Assembly: GCA_030525285.1 (NCBI GenBank) | Contig: JAUNFA010000004.1 | Span: forward strand, 50,928 to 114,927 | DNA: 64,000 nucleotides | Source of the DNA: Bacillota bacterium | GTDB lineage: Bacteria > Bacillota > Clostridia > Peptostreptococcales > Anaerovoracaceae | Direction: 5' to 3' | Shown here: positions 27,900 to 37,087 of the stretch, one piece after another | Layout: each line of letters opens with the position of its first letter | Numbering within the stretch: the first letter of the stretch is position 1 | Notes under the pieces: model-generated | What the model was told of the DNA's origin: nothing | The model's input: the letters and a program-made list of their open reading frames with translations, nothing else | The model's database searches: none | Made by a program: the position numbers and the translations under genes

Positions 27900-28232
27900 T
27901 TACTCCTCTAAATACGTTACTACCTTGCCATTTGCTTTAGCATATTCTATTTCTGAGCGAGTACTGCTGCCTATATATCCGCCAACGTTTATTACGAATA
28001 TTTCGTCAGACATGTCAATTTTGCGTTTGTGCATATCATCCAGCATCTCCTTGGTTTTAGTTAGAGTTCCCTCATCCATGCTCTCCCAAACCTCATTATC
28101 ACCAGAATGGCCAAACAAGCCTACGCTAATTACAATGTTTCCTTCTAATGTCAGCCTCTTTTGAGTCTGAATGAATGCATCCTTAAATTTCGTGCTCCCG
28201 CAAAGTGTAATTACCTTATATTTTCCTACCAT
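27900..28232 (-). CDS. small hypothetical protein, possibly with a nucleoside 2-deoxyribosyltransferase-like fold
   Basis: 110 aa. The ITLCGSTKF ... FVINVGGYIGSSTRSEIEYA pattern recalls small Rossmann-like proteins of the deoxyribosyltransferase-like clan, from memory only. AAGGAG SD. Confidence 0.4.
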   Translation of the reverse strand: MVGKYKVITLCGSTKFKDAFIQTQKRLTLEGNIVISVGLFGHSGDNEVWESMDEGTLTKTKEMLDDMHKRKIDMSDEIFVINVGGYIGSSTRSEIEYAKANGKVVTYLEE

Positions 28233-28358
28233 TACTCTACTCCTTCATTTTCCAATACTTATGACACATAATCAATTCTTTATATTTTAGTCTTGACGAT
28301 TCTGTTATCCACTCAGCATTCGCCACGTCACCATAAGTATACTCCACCACACGGTACC

Positions 28359-28403
28359 AAAAAACGGACACAAAAGACGACACACCGTCGCTGATGTGCC
28401 GTC
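28359..28403 (-). terminator. Rho-independent terminator after the rrf2 gene
   Basis: GACGGCACA ... TGTGTCGTC stem (28376-28403), followed on the minus strand by TTTTGTGTCCGTTTTTT. Confidence 0.6.
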
Positions 28404-28469
28404 ACCTTGGTTTTCCCGTATTTATATCCATCGCAATCACAACCAATCACACGGATATCAGATTACCTG

Positions 28470-28907
28470 CTATATCACGTAATAATTTCCTATTATGTCC
28501 TTCTGTTTGTCCAGCAGGTCCTGCAGGGTAATGCTGTCCACATAATCGTTGATTACTTTGTATAGTCCTTCCCACATCTCAAGGGTCGGACATACGCTCT
28601 TCCTGCTGCATAGGTTGTCCTCATCTTCAAGACATGAAATCGGTGCTAAACTTCCCTCTGTGGTCCTGATAATGTCACCGATTGTATATTCCGATGGTGC
28701 CTTGGAAAGCTTGTATCCGCCTCCGTTGCCTCTCGTACTTTTCAGATAGCCTGCCCGCTTCAGAAGAATTATAATCTGTTCAAGATATTTCAAAGTTATG
28801 CCCTGCCTCTCGGCTACTTCTTTGAGCGGGATATATTCGCCTGTGTTGTTTAGCGCCAGGTCGAGCATTACTCTTATCGCATAGCGCCCCTTAGTTGATA
28901 CTTTCAT
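28470..28907 (-). CDS. Rrf2 family transcriptional regulator, IscR-like (three-Cys cluster motif)
   Basis: MKVSTKGRYAIRVMLDLA winged-helix N-terminus, GGGYKL, and a C-x7-C-x5-C motif (ISCLEDEDNLCSRKSVC). Start set at ATG 28907, with GGAGG 8 nt upstream. Confidence 0.85.
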   Translation of the reverse strand: MKVSTKGRYAIRVMLDLALNNTGEYIPLKEVAERQGITLKYLEQIIILLKRAGYLKSTRGNGGGYKLSKAPSEYTIGDIIRTTEGSLAPISCLEDEDNLCSRKSVCPTLEMWEGLYKVINDYVDSITLQDLLDKQKDIIGNYYVI

Positions 28908-28926
28908 TACATAAACCTCCAACCCC

Positions 28927-28954
28927 ATTATACTACTTATTTGGTAGGATTCAA
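28927..28954 (-). promoter_or_regulatory. candidate rrf2 promoter with a palindromic operator in the spacer
   Basis: Minus strand: TTGAAT (28954-28949), 16 nt, TATAAT (28932-28927). The spacer contains CTACCAAATAAGTAGTAT. Confidence 0.4.
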
Positions 28955-28970
28955 CCTTTCTTAAGCCAAA

Positions 28971-29555
28971 TTACTGAATTCTTTCATCAGAATCCGGTAC
29001 CATGGAGTTCTCTCTGTTCTCATATTCCTCTGCGGCTATCATCTCTGCGAATGACATAGTATATCCGTCAAGCTCATATCCGAGAGCATTTTCAAAATCA
29101 TACCTATATCTGTCGCCGCCCAGCTTCTCTATTCTTGCCGTTGTAATGGCATCTCTCAGATTCTGATGCAGTCTGCTGCCGTTACCGCTTTCGGGAGTCA
29201 GCTCGACTTCAGATTCTATAGAATACCAGTTCATGAAGCTGTATACTTCGTCAGCGAATTTCCTCAGATCGTCCTCATCCTCTGCGTTGATAATCATGCC
29301 CATAAGGCTCATCTTGATCTGATGAAGCAGTGAATAAATCTCGCCGGCATCCTCAGGAAGTCCGTCCAGAATGTCCTCAAAGTAGTCCTCGGTTATCTGG
29401 GACACCACTTCCTTGTCCGCTCCTGCAAACAGCATATATACAGCCTCCGGCTCAATATATTCCTCACATTCCACCAAGTCCGCCATTGCCTCAAAATACT
29501 GAAAATCCGCAGCATTTTCAAGGTCAAGATATTCCAGAAGTTCGTCAAAATTCAT
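28971..29555 (-). CDS. acidic hypothetical protein
   Basis: 194-aa ORF rich in D/E. It lies 5 nt downstream of murI on the same strand. I recognise no motif. Confidence 0.5.
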   Translation of the reverse strand: MNFDELLEYLDLENAADFQYFEAMADLVECEEYIEPEAVYMLFAGADKEVVSQITEDYFEDILDGLPEDAGEIYSLLHQIKMSLMGMIINAEDEDDLRKFADEVYSFMNWYSIESEVELTPESGNGSRLHQNLRDAITTARIEKLGGDRYRYDFENALGYELDGYTMSFAEMIAAEEYENRENSMVPDSDERIQ

Positions 29556-29560
29556 AAACT

Positions 29561-30385
29561 CTATTCTCCCTTTTCCAAATCAAAATTCTTGAATCTAACC
29601 TTGGCATCCTCAGCCTCGTTGCTGAAGATATGGTCTATCATGTTAATAAAATTCTCACTTAAGTCACTGGCATAAAACACGTTCTGCGCCTTTGAGCCCG
29701 ATGCCAGCTCATCCCTTTCTGTAAGAATCTTCTCTATGGTTCCCACAATCACATCCGACGGGTTGATAATGTTCATATCCGGATACAGCCTGCTTATATT
29801 TTTCTTAATCAGCGGATAGTGGGTGCATCCCAGAACCACCGTGTCAATATTGTTGGAATTAACGAAATCATCCATATAATATTTGATCGTCAGATCCATT
29901 ATGTCATTATCGATAATACCCTCCTCAATAAGAGGCACATATGCAGGACACGGGGTCTGATAAATGTTCACATCACTGTTAAGCGCATGTATCCTTCTCT
30001 TGTACTCACCGCTGGCTATGGTTACCTTAGTTCCTATGATTCCCACATTGTTACTGCCGTCACAGGTATCTGCAATGCATTTGGCAGCCGGGTCTATGAT
30101 GCCCACTATAGGGATCTGTGGGAATCTCTCCTGCAGCTCATCCACACACGTAGCACTTACCGTATTGCAGGCGATAACTATCATCTTCACATTTTTGCTT
30201 ACCAGAAACTCTGCAATTTCGTTGCTAAAAGCCTTGATGGTACTGGTCGCCTTCGAGCCGTATGGTGTTCTTGCAGTGTCTCCGAAATATATTATCTTTT
30301 CCTCGGGCAGCCTCTTCATGAGAGGTTTGATGCAGGTCAGTCCGCCAAGTCCCGAGTCAAAAAATCCTATGGGTCTATTGTCCAT
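29561..30385 (-). CDS. murI: glutamate racemase
   Basis: GFFDSGLGGLT N-terminus and the two catalytic Cys contexts (IACNTVS, LGCTHYP). Confidence 0.92.
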   Translation of the reverse strand: MDNRPIGFFDSGLGGLTCIKPLMKRLPEEKIIYFGDTARTPYGSKATSTIKAFSNEIAEFLVSKNVKMIVIACNTVSATCVDELQERFPQIPIVGIIDPAAKCIADTCDGSNNVGIIGTKVTIASGEYKRRIHALNSDVNIYQTPCPAYVPLIEEGIIDNDIMDLTIKYYMDDFVNSNNIDTVVLGCTHYPLIKKNISRLYPDMNIINPSDVIVGTIEKILTERDELASGSKAQNVFYASDLSENFINMIDHIFSNEAEDAKVRFKNFDLEKGE

Positions 30386-30472
30386 AAAACTAATAATCCT
30401 CCAAGTTCTATGTTATAATAACATCTGCAATTATATCACAGAACAGTTCATATTAAAATAATGGAGGTTGCA

Positions 30473-32275
30473 ATGATTCAAGATAATCTGAAACCGCGAA
30501 ATCAGATTGATGATAAATATAAATGGAACATAGGTGCCATTATTCCCGACGAAAGTGTTATCGATGATGAGCTTCAGCAGCTTAAGGAAAGTGCCGCGGA
30601 TTTTAATTCTAATTTCGCAGGTCGCCTTACTTCTGGGTCTGATGTGCTGGCGGATGCCTTCGAGCAAAAGGATGAAATCTGGAGGCACCTTGAGAGGCTG
30701 TTCGTATATTGCCATATGAAGCGTGATGAGGATAATTCCAACGAAAGATATCAGGGATTTTCGGACAAATGCAGTGCGGTAATTGCCGCCGTATCCGCCT
30801 CCATGTCATTTTTCACGCCGGAACTTCTCAGCGCTTCAAAGGATGTAATTCTCTCGTATATTGATGAGAATCCGCGTCTTGAAACCTATGACTTTGCTAT
30901 CAGAGATACGCTTAGACAGAAGGCTCACGTACTTACTCCTGCCGAAGAGAACATTCTGGCACAGATGAGCGAAATAACCTCAGCGACCAATGACATTTTT
31001 ACCATGCTAAACAATGCTGACATGAAGTTTGCTCCGGTAACTGACAAGGCCGGCAGGGAGCTTTCTCTCACCCACGGCAGTTACATCAAGATCATGGAAA
31101 GTCACGACCCGGATCTCAGGCTGCAGGCATATAACAACATGTACGATTCCTACAAGGGTCTGATAAATACCATTGCTACGGCATACAGCTACAACACCCG
31201 TACCGATGTAGTAAATGCCCGCCTGAGAAATTATTCTTCAGCCAGGGCTGCATCCCTTGCCGAGGACAATGTACCTGAGGCTGTATATGATAATCTTATC
31301 GATGTTGTAAACGATAACCTGCCTCTGCTCCACAGATACATGGCTCTCAAAAAAAGGCTTCTGGGTATGGACAAAATGGGCATGCAGGATGTATATGTGC
31401 CTGTAATTCAGATACCCGAGCGTACTGTAACCTTCGAAGAGGCCGTCGACATTATCAAAGAGGCCTTAAAACCCTTTGGTGATGAATATGTCAGCAGGAT
31501 GACTGAGGGCATATCTCAGGGCTGGATAGACGTCTACGAGAATGAAGGTAAAACCAGCGGAGCGTACAGCTTCGGCTGTTATGACAGCTATCCTTATATT
31601 CTCCTTAACTATGCTGACACCCTTAAGGATGTTTTTACTCTCATTCACGAGATGGGACATTCCATGCATTCAAGTTATACCAGAGAAAATCAGCCATACA
31701 TTTATGGCAGTCACTCCATATTCACTGCGGAGGTAGCCTCCACCGTGAACGAGTCTCTGCTTATGGCACACCTTTACAATACAACTGCAGATTCGCAGAT
31801 GCGAAAATATCTTCTCAATCTCCATCTGGAGGAGTTCAGAACCACCCTGTTCAGACAGACCATGTTCGCAGAATTCGAGAAGCTTACCCACCAGGCCATC
31901 GAATCCGGTCAGGTGCTTACCGCCCAGTGGATGTGCCGCACATATGAGGAGCTCAATCGCAAATATTACGGTCCTGCTATTGAGGAGGATGATACAATAA
32001 AGTACGAATGGGCACGCATACCACACTTTTACAATGCTTTTTATGTATACAAATATGCTACAGGTTATTCTGCAGCCACGGCCCTGTCACAGAAGATACT
32101 AACCGAGGGCAGGCCGGCAGCGCAGCAGTATATCGAATTTCTTAAAACTGGTGAATCGGATTATCCTATTGAACTGCTCAAAAGAGCCGGTGTGGATATG
32201 AGTTCCCCTGAACCTGTCAGGAATGCCATGGACAAATTCGGCGAACTTCTTGAGGAACTGGAGAGACTGGTATGA
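30473..32275 (+). CDS. pepF: oligoendopeptidase F (M3B)
   Basis: HEMGHSMH zinc motif and M3B length. Start set at ATG 30473 (MIQDNL), with GGAGG 6 nt upstream. Confidence 0.9.
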   Translation: MIQDNLKPRNQIDDKYKWNIGAIIPDESVIDDELQQLKESAADFNSNFAGRLTSGSDVLADAFEQKDEIWRHLERLFVYCHMKRDEDNSNERYQGFSDKCSAVIAAVSASMSFFTPELLSASKDVILSYIDENPRLETYDFAIRDTLRQKAHVLTPAEENILAQMSEITSATNDIFTMLNNADMKFAPVTDKAGRELSLTHGSYIKIMESHDPDLRLQAYNNMYDSYKGLINTIATAYSYNTRTDVVNARLRNYSSARAASLAEDNVPEAVYDNLIDVVNDNLPLLHRYMALKKRLLGMDKMGMQDVYVPVIQIPERTVTFEEAVDIIKEALKPFGDEYVSRMTEGISQGWIDVYENEGKTSGAYSFGCYDSYPYILLNYADTLKDVFTLIHEMGHSMHSSYTRENQPYIYGSHSIFTAEVASTVNESLLMAHLYNTTADSQMRKYLLNLHLEEFRTTLFRQTMFAEFEKLTHQAIESGQVLTAQWMCRTYEELNRKYYGPAIEEDDTIKYEWARIPHFYNAFYVYKYATGYSAATALSQKILTEGRPAAQQYIEFLKTGESDYPIELLKRAGVDMSSPEPVRNAMDKFGELLEELERLV

Positions 32276-33075
32276 GCAGACATCTTGTAAACATTTTTAC
32301 AAACAACGACCCTGCATCCCTTGATGCAATGGATTTCATCATGCACGAACTTATCGAACACGGCTACACCGTAACAAGAGAATATTCACCGGACGCATGC
32401 CTTATCATATGTATCGGCGGCGACGGAGCATTCCTCGAAACAGTTCACAACTGTGACTTCCCTTCAACGCCAATCCTCGGCATCAACACCGGTCATCTGG
32501 GATTTTTCCAGGAGATTGAAGTGGATCAGATTTCTGACTTCCTGGAAGATTTCATTTGCGGTGACTACACCATACAGCGCCTTACGACGGTCAAGTGCCT
32601 GGTAGAGGATTCTGAGGGCAGCATTTACCATCACGAGGGTCTCAACGAGATTGCTATCAAGGGCAGACAGTCCTATGCAGTTCATCTGGACATAAGCATT
32701 GACGGCATACAGATTCAGAAATTCAGCGGTGACGGTGTCCTGTGCGCCACAGCTGCAGGTTCGACAGCTTACAATTACTCTCTGGGCGGCTCCATTGTGG
32801 ACCCTAGAATCAACCTGCTGCAACTGACTCCAATCGCACCTATGAACACAATAGCTTACCGCTCCTTCACATCAAGTCTTATGCTTCCTTCGGACAAGAC
32901 GGTAACTATTATTCCCGAGGAAAGAGATGAGCGCATATTTATCATTAACGACGGTATTGAAACCGGGTACAGGAACCTGCGTTCCATTCAGGTAACCGTA
33001 TCTGATAAGACTATTAAACTTATAAGATTCAAAGATTATGACTTCTGGAGCAAGGTTAAATCCAAGTTCCTTTAG
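32272..33075 (+). CDS. nadK: NAD kinase
   Basis: GGDGAFL motif and TAAGSTAYNYSLGG. Shares a 4-nt ATGA overlap with pepF. Confidence 0.9.
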   Translation: MSRHLVNIFTNNDPASLDAMDFIMHELIEHGYTVTREYSPDACLIICIGGDGAFLETVHNCDFPSTPILGINTGHLGFFQEIEVDQISDFLEDFICGDYTIQRLTTVKCLVEDSEGSIYHHEGLNEIAIKGRQSYAVHLDISIDGIQIQKFSGDGVLCATAAGSTAYNYSLGGSIVDPRINLLQLTPIAPMNTIAYRSFTSSLMLPSDKTVTIIPEERDERIFIINDGIETGYRNLRSIQVTVSDKTIKLIRFKDYDFWSKVKSKFL

Positions 33076-33131
33076 ACAAAAGTTCATTCAGATTGAATGA
33101 TTTCCTTCAGAAAGGTATTTAAGGTAATTTA

Positions 33132-34025
33132 ATGGCAGATTTTGTTCACCATGTAACACCAGAAGATGAGGGCATGGAAGTTCGCGAAATAATGCGCGAA
33201 TACTTCACCTTTTCTTCAAGACTCAGAAATAAAATCAAAAGAAACAAACTGACAACTCTTAATGGTAAGACCACAGAAGGCTGGCACAAGGTTCACGCAG
33301 GCGATGTGGTGGCAGTAGTTCTCCCTGAGGAACGAAGCGATTTTGAAGCTGAGGACATTCCTCTCTTCCCCGTTTATGAAGACGAGGATCTTCTCCTCAT
33401 CAACAAGCAGCCCGGCCTTGTGGTCCACCCTACCAAGGGCAATCCCTCCGGTACCTGCGCCAATGCTCTCATGCACAGAATGAATGAGACCGGCGAACAT
33501 TTTAAGGTTCGCTTTGTCAACAGACTTGACAGAGATACATCTGGTATTCTCATCGTTGCCAAGAACTCTTTCTCTCAGAACGAAATAACCAAGCAAATGA
33601 GAGATAATCAGGTCACAAAACGATACGTTGCTATTGTTGAAGGCATTATCCCTGAGAATGAGGGCACTGTCGATGCTCCCATTGGAAGACCTGACCCTGA
33701 CGATGTCAGACGCGGTGTCATGGCAGATGGACATCCCTCAATAACCCACTACAAGGTTATCCAGCGCTTCCCGGATTCCGGATTCACCTTCATTGAGCTG
33801 GTTCTTGAGACTGGGCGCACCCATCAGATCAGGGTTCACATGTCACATATCGGACACCCTCTTCTCAGTGACCACCTCTATGGTACCGAACGTCCCGAAA
33901 TCATTGGAAGACAGGCGCTCCATTCATCCAGCCTGACATTCATCCATCCGGTCAGGAGAATTCCTGTTCACGTAGAAGCTCCATTACCAGAAGATATGAA
34001 AAACGCACTAGCATCATTCCGCTAG
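33132..34025 (+). CDS. RluA family pseudouridine synthase
   Basis: Catalytic motif HRLDRDTSGILIVAK (here VNRLDRDTSG) and GRTHQIRVH. Confidence 0.88.
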   Translation: MADFVHHVTPEDEGMEVREIMREYFTFSSRLRNKIKRNKLTTLNGKTTEGWHKVHAGDVVAVVLPEERSDFEAEDIPLFPVYEDEDLLLINKQPGLVVHPTKGNPSGTCANALMHRMNETGEHFKVRFVNRLDRDTSGILIVAKNSFSQNEITKQMRDNQVTKRYVAIVEGIIPENEGTVDAPIGRPDPDDVRRGVMADGHPSITHYKVIQRFPDSGFTFIELVLETGRTHQIRVHMSHIGHPLLSDHLYGTERPEIIGRQALHSSSLTFIHPVRRIPVHVEAPLPEDMKNALASFR

Positions 34026-34424
34026 TGCGTTTTGGTCCATTATTTCAGCAATTGATTTTTTTCGCAATTCATCCGTAAGTATCTTCTGAATTCTGGCAAT
34101 CTCCTTGTGAACCTTGCATGGCATATCTGAAGTATTCTTGTTACAGGCATTTTTCATGCAATGAAGTATTGCCACATCTCCTTCAGTTATACTTACTATG
34201 TCGTAGAGAGTAAGCTCATCAAGAGACTTGTTCATCTGATAACCTCCACGGTTACCTCTCTCCGATCTGACTAGTCCGCTCATCTCAAGCTCCCTGAGGA
34301 TTTTGTAGGCAAAAGCCTTGGGAATATCCTCTCTATCGCATATCTCTCTAACATTATGAACTTTATAATCCCTGAGAACTCTTATTATTCTCATGGCATA
34401 ATCGCTTCGTCTCGTTATCAGCAT
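34014..34424 (-). CDS. Rrf2 family transcriptional regulator (second copy)
   Basis: MLITRRSDYAMRIIRVL N-terminus, RGGYQM, and Cys motif C-x4-C-x8-C (HCMKNACNKNTSDMPC). Confidence 0.85.
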   Translation of the reverse strand: MLITRRSDYAMRIIRVLRDYKVHNVREICDREDIPKAFAYKILRELEMSGLVRSERGNRGGYQMNKSLDELTLYDIVSITEGDVAILHCMKNACNKNTSDMPCKVHKEIARIQKILTDELRKKSIAEIMDQNALAE

Positions 34425-34515
34425 TTAATACCTCCTACAGATATAGTATATAATACCATATCTCATTAACAATTTCGACTATTTTTATCCTATATGAATA
34501 TCTTCTTTCCGAATT

Positions 34516-35844
34516 CTATCTCATGTCGGTATACACCTTGCTCTTAACGGGATCTTTGCCCGTCTTCGCCTTAATGAGCTCGCTTACGGTAACCATCTGA
34601 TATCCATGTTCATGGAGCCAGGGAACTATCTTTTCTGTTGCCTTTGCCGTCGAATCATAGATAGAGTGCATCAGAACTATGCTGCCGTCAAGTTTCTTGT
34701 TCTTCACGACTTTTTTGTAAATCTTGTTCGCATCCTTGCTCTTCCAGTCCTGAGTATCGATATTCCACAAAATTACCGGTAGTGCCGCCTTCTTGTTTAT
34801 CTTATCGTTTGTGGCACCGTAGCTCGGCCTGAAAACTGTCGGTCCACTACCACATGCAGCCTCGATAACCCGATTAGTCTTGTTCAGCTGTTTCCTGAGT
34901 TCCTTCTTGCTGCATCTGGTAAGAAGTGGATGATTCCATGTATGACTTCCTATTTCACAATTATTGTGCAGGCTTCTCTTAATCTGGTACTCCTTGCCCT
35001 TTACCATATATCCCGAATAGAAAAATGTGGCAACACCGTCATACTTTTCGAGCACATCGTGAATTCTCGTCTCGCTTTTTAATCCGGGACCATCGTCATA
35101 TGTGAGAGCAACCATGGGTTTGTTCGGATCCACATACCTTTCCAGAACCTTGTCCCGCATCCAGTCAGATGACTTATCAGCATTTATCTCGGAGGCTGTA
35201 ATGTTGTATTTTTTATCAACAAAAAAGTATGTCAGTTCTTCCTTGTCAACCACGTATGCCTTGTAGTCCGTGTATCCTTCTCCCAAAGTCGCCTTAAGCT
35301 CATCTTGATAGTTCTCCTTAAAAAGCTGATGCCAACCTATGGAGTCTTGCGTTTTTTTGTTGAAGATGTAGCCCTTAACTCCCCGTTTGATATTTGTGAC
35401 TTCCTTATTCTTAAGCTGACCCGTCTGGTAAGTTATGAGAAGACTTACCGTATTCCTGCTACTCTCGCAGGTTACCGCATTAGTCAGGAGGACTTTGTAT
35501 TGACCGTCTTCAACAAGCTCCTTCTTAAGCTCGTCGATATAATAGTCCTTCTGTGCGTTAACGTAGTCGTATTCGCAGTCATCATCATATGAAGCTACTC
35601 CTATGTGTTCGTCTGTGTAGCACTTGCTCAGCTTCGTGTCTCTGCTTCTGAAAACTTTGATGTCTGATACCTGAGACCTGGCGTACCTGCTCATGCCCTC
35701 CTGTTCTCTCACGTCACTGTTTCCGAAGTTGACATATACAACAATAGCCGCTACAAAAACCAGCAGTATCCCTATGACTGCACATATTGCCCGCCTTATT
35801 TTCTGTTCTCTTTTGCGCTGATTGTATGTTTTTCTTTTGGTCAT
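34516..35844 (-). CDS. polysaccharide deacetylase family protein (NodB domain) with an N-terminal membrane anchor
   Basis: TM helix near the N-terminus. NodB motifs LTYDDGP and HTWNH. Confidence 0.85.
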   Translation of the reverse strand: MTKRKTYNQRKREQKIRRAICAVIGILLVFVAAIVVYVNFGNSDVREQEGMSRYARSQVSDIKVFRSRDTKLSKCYTDEHIGVASYDDDCEYDYVNAQKDYYIDELKKELVEDGQYKVLLTNAVTCESSRNTVSLLITYQTGQLKNKEVTNIKRGVKGYIFNKKTQDSIGWHQLFKENYQDELKATLGEGYTDYKAYVVDKEELTYFFVDKKYNITASEINADKSSDWMRDKVLERYVDPNKPMVALTYDDGPGLKSETRIHDVLEKYDGVATFFYSGYMVKGKEYQIKRSLHNNCEIGSHTWNHPLLTRCSKKELRKQLNKTNRVIEAACGSGPTVFRPSYGATNDKINKKAALPVILWNIDTQDWKSKDANKIYKKVVKNKKLDGSIVLMHSIYDSTAKATEKIVPWLHEHGYQMVTVSELIKAKTGKDPVKSKVYTDMR

Positions 35845-35897
35845 TTATGTATACCTCTATGTTTATTTACATCCTCTGCCGTAGGTGTTAAAATCAG

Positions 35898-36347
35898 TTG
35901 ATTATCACTATAGCAAAAGGAGAACTATATATCAAAAGTTTCATCAAAGAATTCAAGGAATTTGCCATGAGAGGCAATGTTATTGACATGGCTGTCGGCA
36001 TCATTATAGGCGGTGCATTCACGGCAATTGTAACCTCTCTGGTAAATGACATTTTTTCACCGTTTATCGGTCTTTTTTTCAGAGCTGATTTCAGTACTCT
36101 ATCAGGAACCATCCTTGGCGTTCCTATCGGATACGGCAAATTCATCACTGCTGTAATCAACTTCCTGCTGGTTGCACTCGTTCTGTTCTGCATTATCAAA
36201 GCGACCAACAAGGCTGCAGCAATCGCTCAGAAGCATATCGAAACCGAAGAGGAAACGCCTACCACTAAGGCATGTCCTTACTGCAAATCGGAGATTGCCA
36301 TCGAAGCAACCAGATGTCCCCACTGCACATCCCAGCTTGAGCAGTAG
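35898..36347 (+). CDS. mscL: large-conductance mechanosensitive channel with a C-terminal CxxC...CxxC tail
   Basis: IKEFKEFAMRGNVIDMAVGIIIGGAF matches the canonical MscL N-terminus. The start is uncertain: TTG 35898, or in-frame ATC 35931, which lies 8 nt after AAAGGAG. Confidence 0.85.
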   Translation: MIITIAKGELYIKSFIKEFKEFAMRGNVIDMAVGIIIGGAFTAIVTSLVNDIFSPFIGLFFRADFSTLSGTILGVPIGYGKFITAVINFLLVALVLFCIIKATNKAAAIAQKHIETEEETPTTKACPYCKSEIAIEATRCPHCTSQLEQ

Positions 36348-36408
36348 CCCGCATCACTACGCGAAATACAGACAGTTGCGAATTAATTTAAAATCATATG
36401 AGCATAAC

Positions 36409-36435
36409 AAAAGCCGTCCAATGGACGGCTTTTTA
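36409..36435. terminator. bidirectional Rho-independent terminator
   Basis: AAAAGCCGTCcaatgGACGGCTTTTT between convergent genes. Confidence 0.75.
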
Positions 36436-36437
36436 TT

Positions 36438-36908
36438 CTAATATCCCATCAGTTTCTCGAAGAAAGTAAGCTTTGCCTTGCCATCGCTGGCTGCCACGTC
36501 CCACATTCTGTTGTAGAACTTCATATTTGATTCTCTGCTCTTCTTCTTCTGACTCTTGCTCTGCATGTTTACCTGCTGAAGGAATCTCTTTTTGGTCATC
36601 CCCATCTTCTGATAGTAGAGGATAATTTCCTTCTGCTTCCCATTCATATATCTCATGACACCCAGGAGATACACCAGAGATAAAAGTACCGGAATAAAAC
36701 CTACCCACGGATTAACAAATTTGAATAAAATGATGATGAGAGCCAGTGTTACAACGCCCACGGCAATGTTCATCGCAATCAGCTTCTTCCTGTTAATCAT
36801 CTTAGGCATTTCTAAATCAGGCATGTTCTTCATCACATTTCTCTGATAACCCTTAGTCTGTCTGTTATACATCTGTGCACTTCTTGGAATATGTTGTTTC
36901 TTAGCCAT
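36438..36908 (-). CDS. hypothetical membrane protein
   Basis: Two central hydrophobic helices between basic termini. Start set at ATG 36908 (MAKKQH), with AAAGGTG upstream. Confidence 0.5.
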   Translation of the reverse strand: MAKKQHIPRSAQMYNRQTKGYQRNVMKNMPDLEMPKMINRKKLIAMNIAVGVVTLALIIILFKFVNPWVGFIPVLLSLVYLLGVMRYMNGKQKEIILYYQKMGMTKKRFLQQVNMQSKSQKKKSRESNMKFYNRMWDVAASDGKAKLTFFEKLMGY

Positions 36909-37019
36909 GTTAATTAACACCTTTCATTAAATCTGCAGTATATTATAGCATAGCGTACCGATATCTTTCAAGCAAACATTGCTCATATTCTGCTATCATT
37001 TCATTTTAGTCAAACATCC

Positions 37020-37087
37020 GATTATCCCGGTATCTGAATTCCTTCCGGAGTCTGATTATCCCAGTCTCTGAATTCGTTTCAAAGTCT
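37020..37087. repeat. imperfect 34-bp tandem duplication spanning the stop codon of the 69-aa ORF
   Basis: Unit 1 is 37020-37053 and unit 2 is 37054-37087. They match at 28 of 34 positions. Unit 2 encodes the last 11 codons plus the stop, and unit 1 is a non-coding copy. Confidence 0.8.

Noticed and set aside
29819-30461. Two overlapping plus-strand ORFs (199 and 165 aa)
   Set aside because: Both are antisense to murI, which has unmistakable glutamate racemase motifs.
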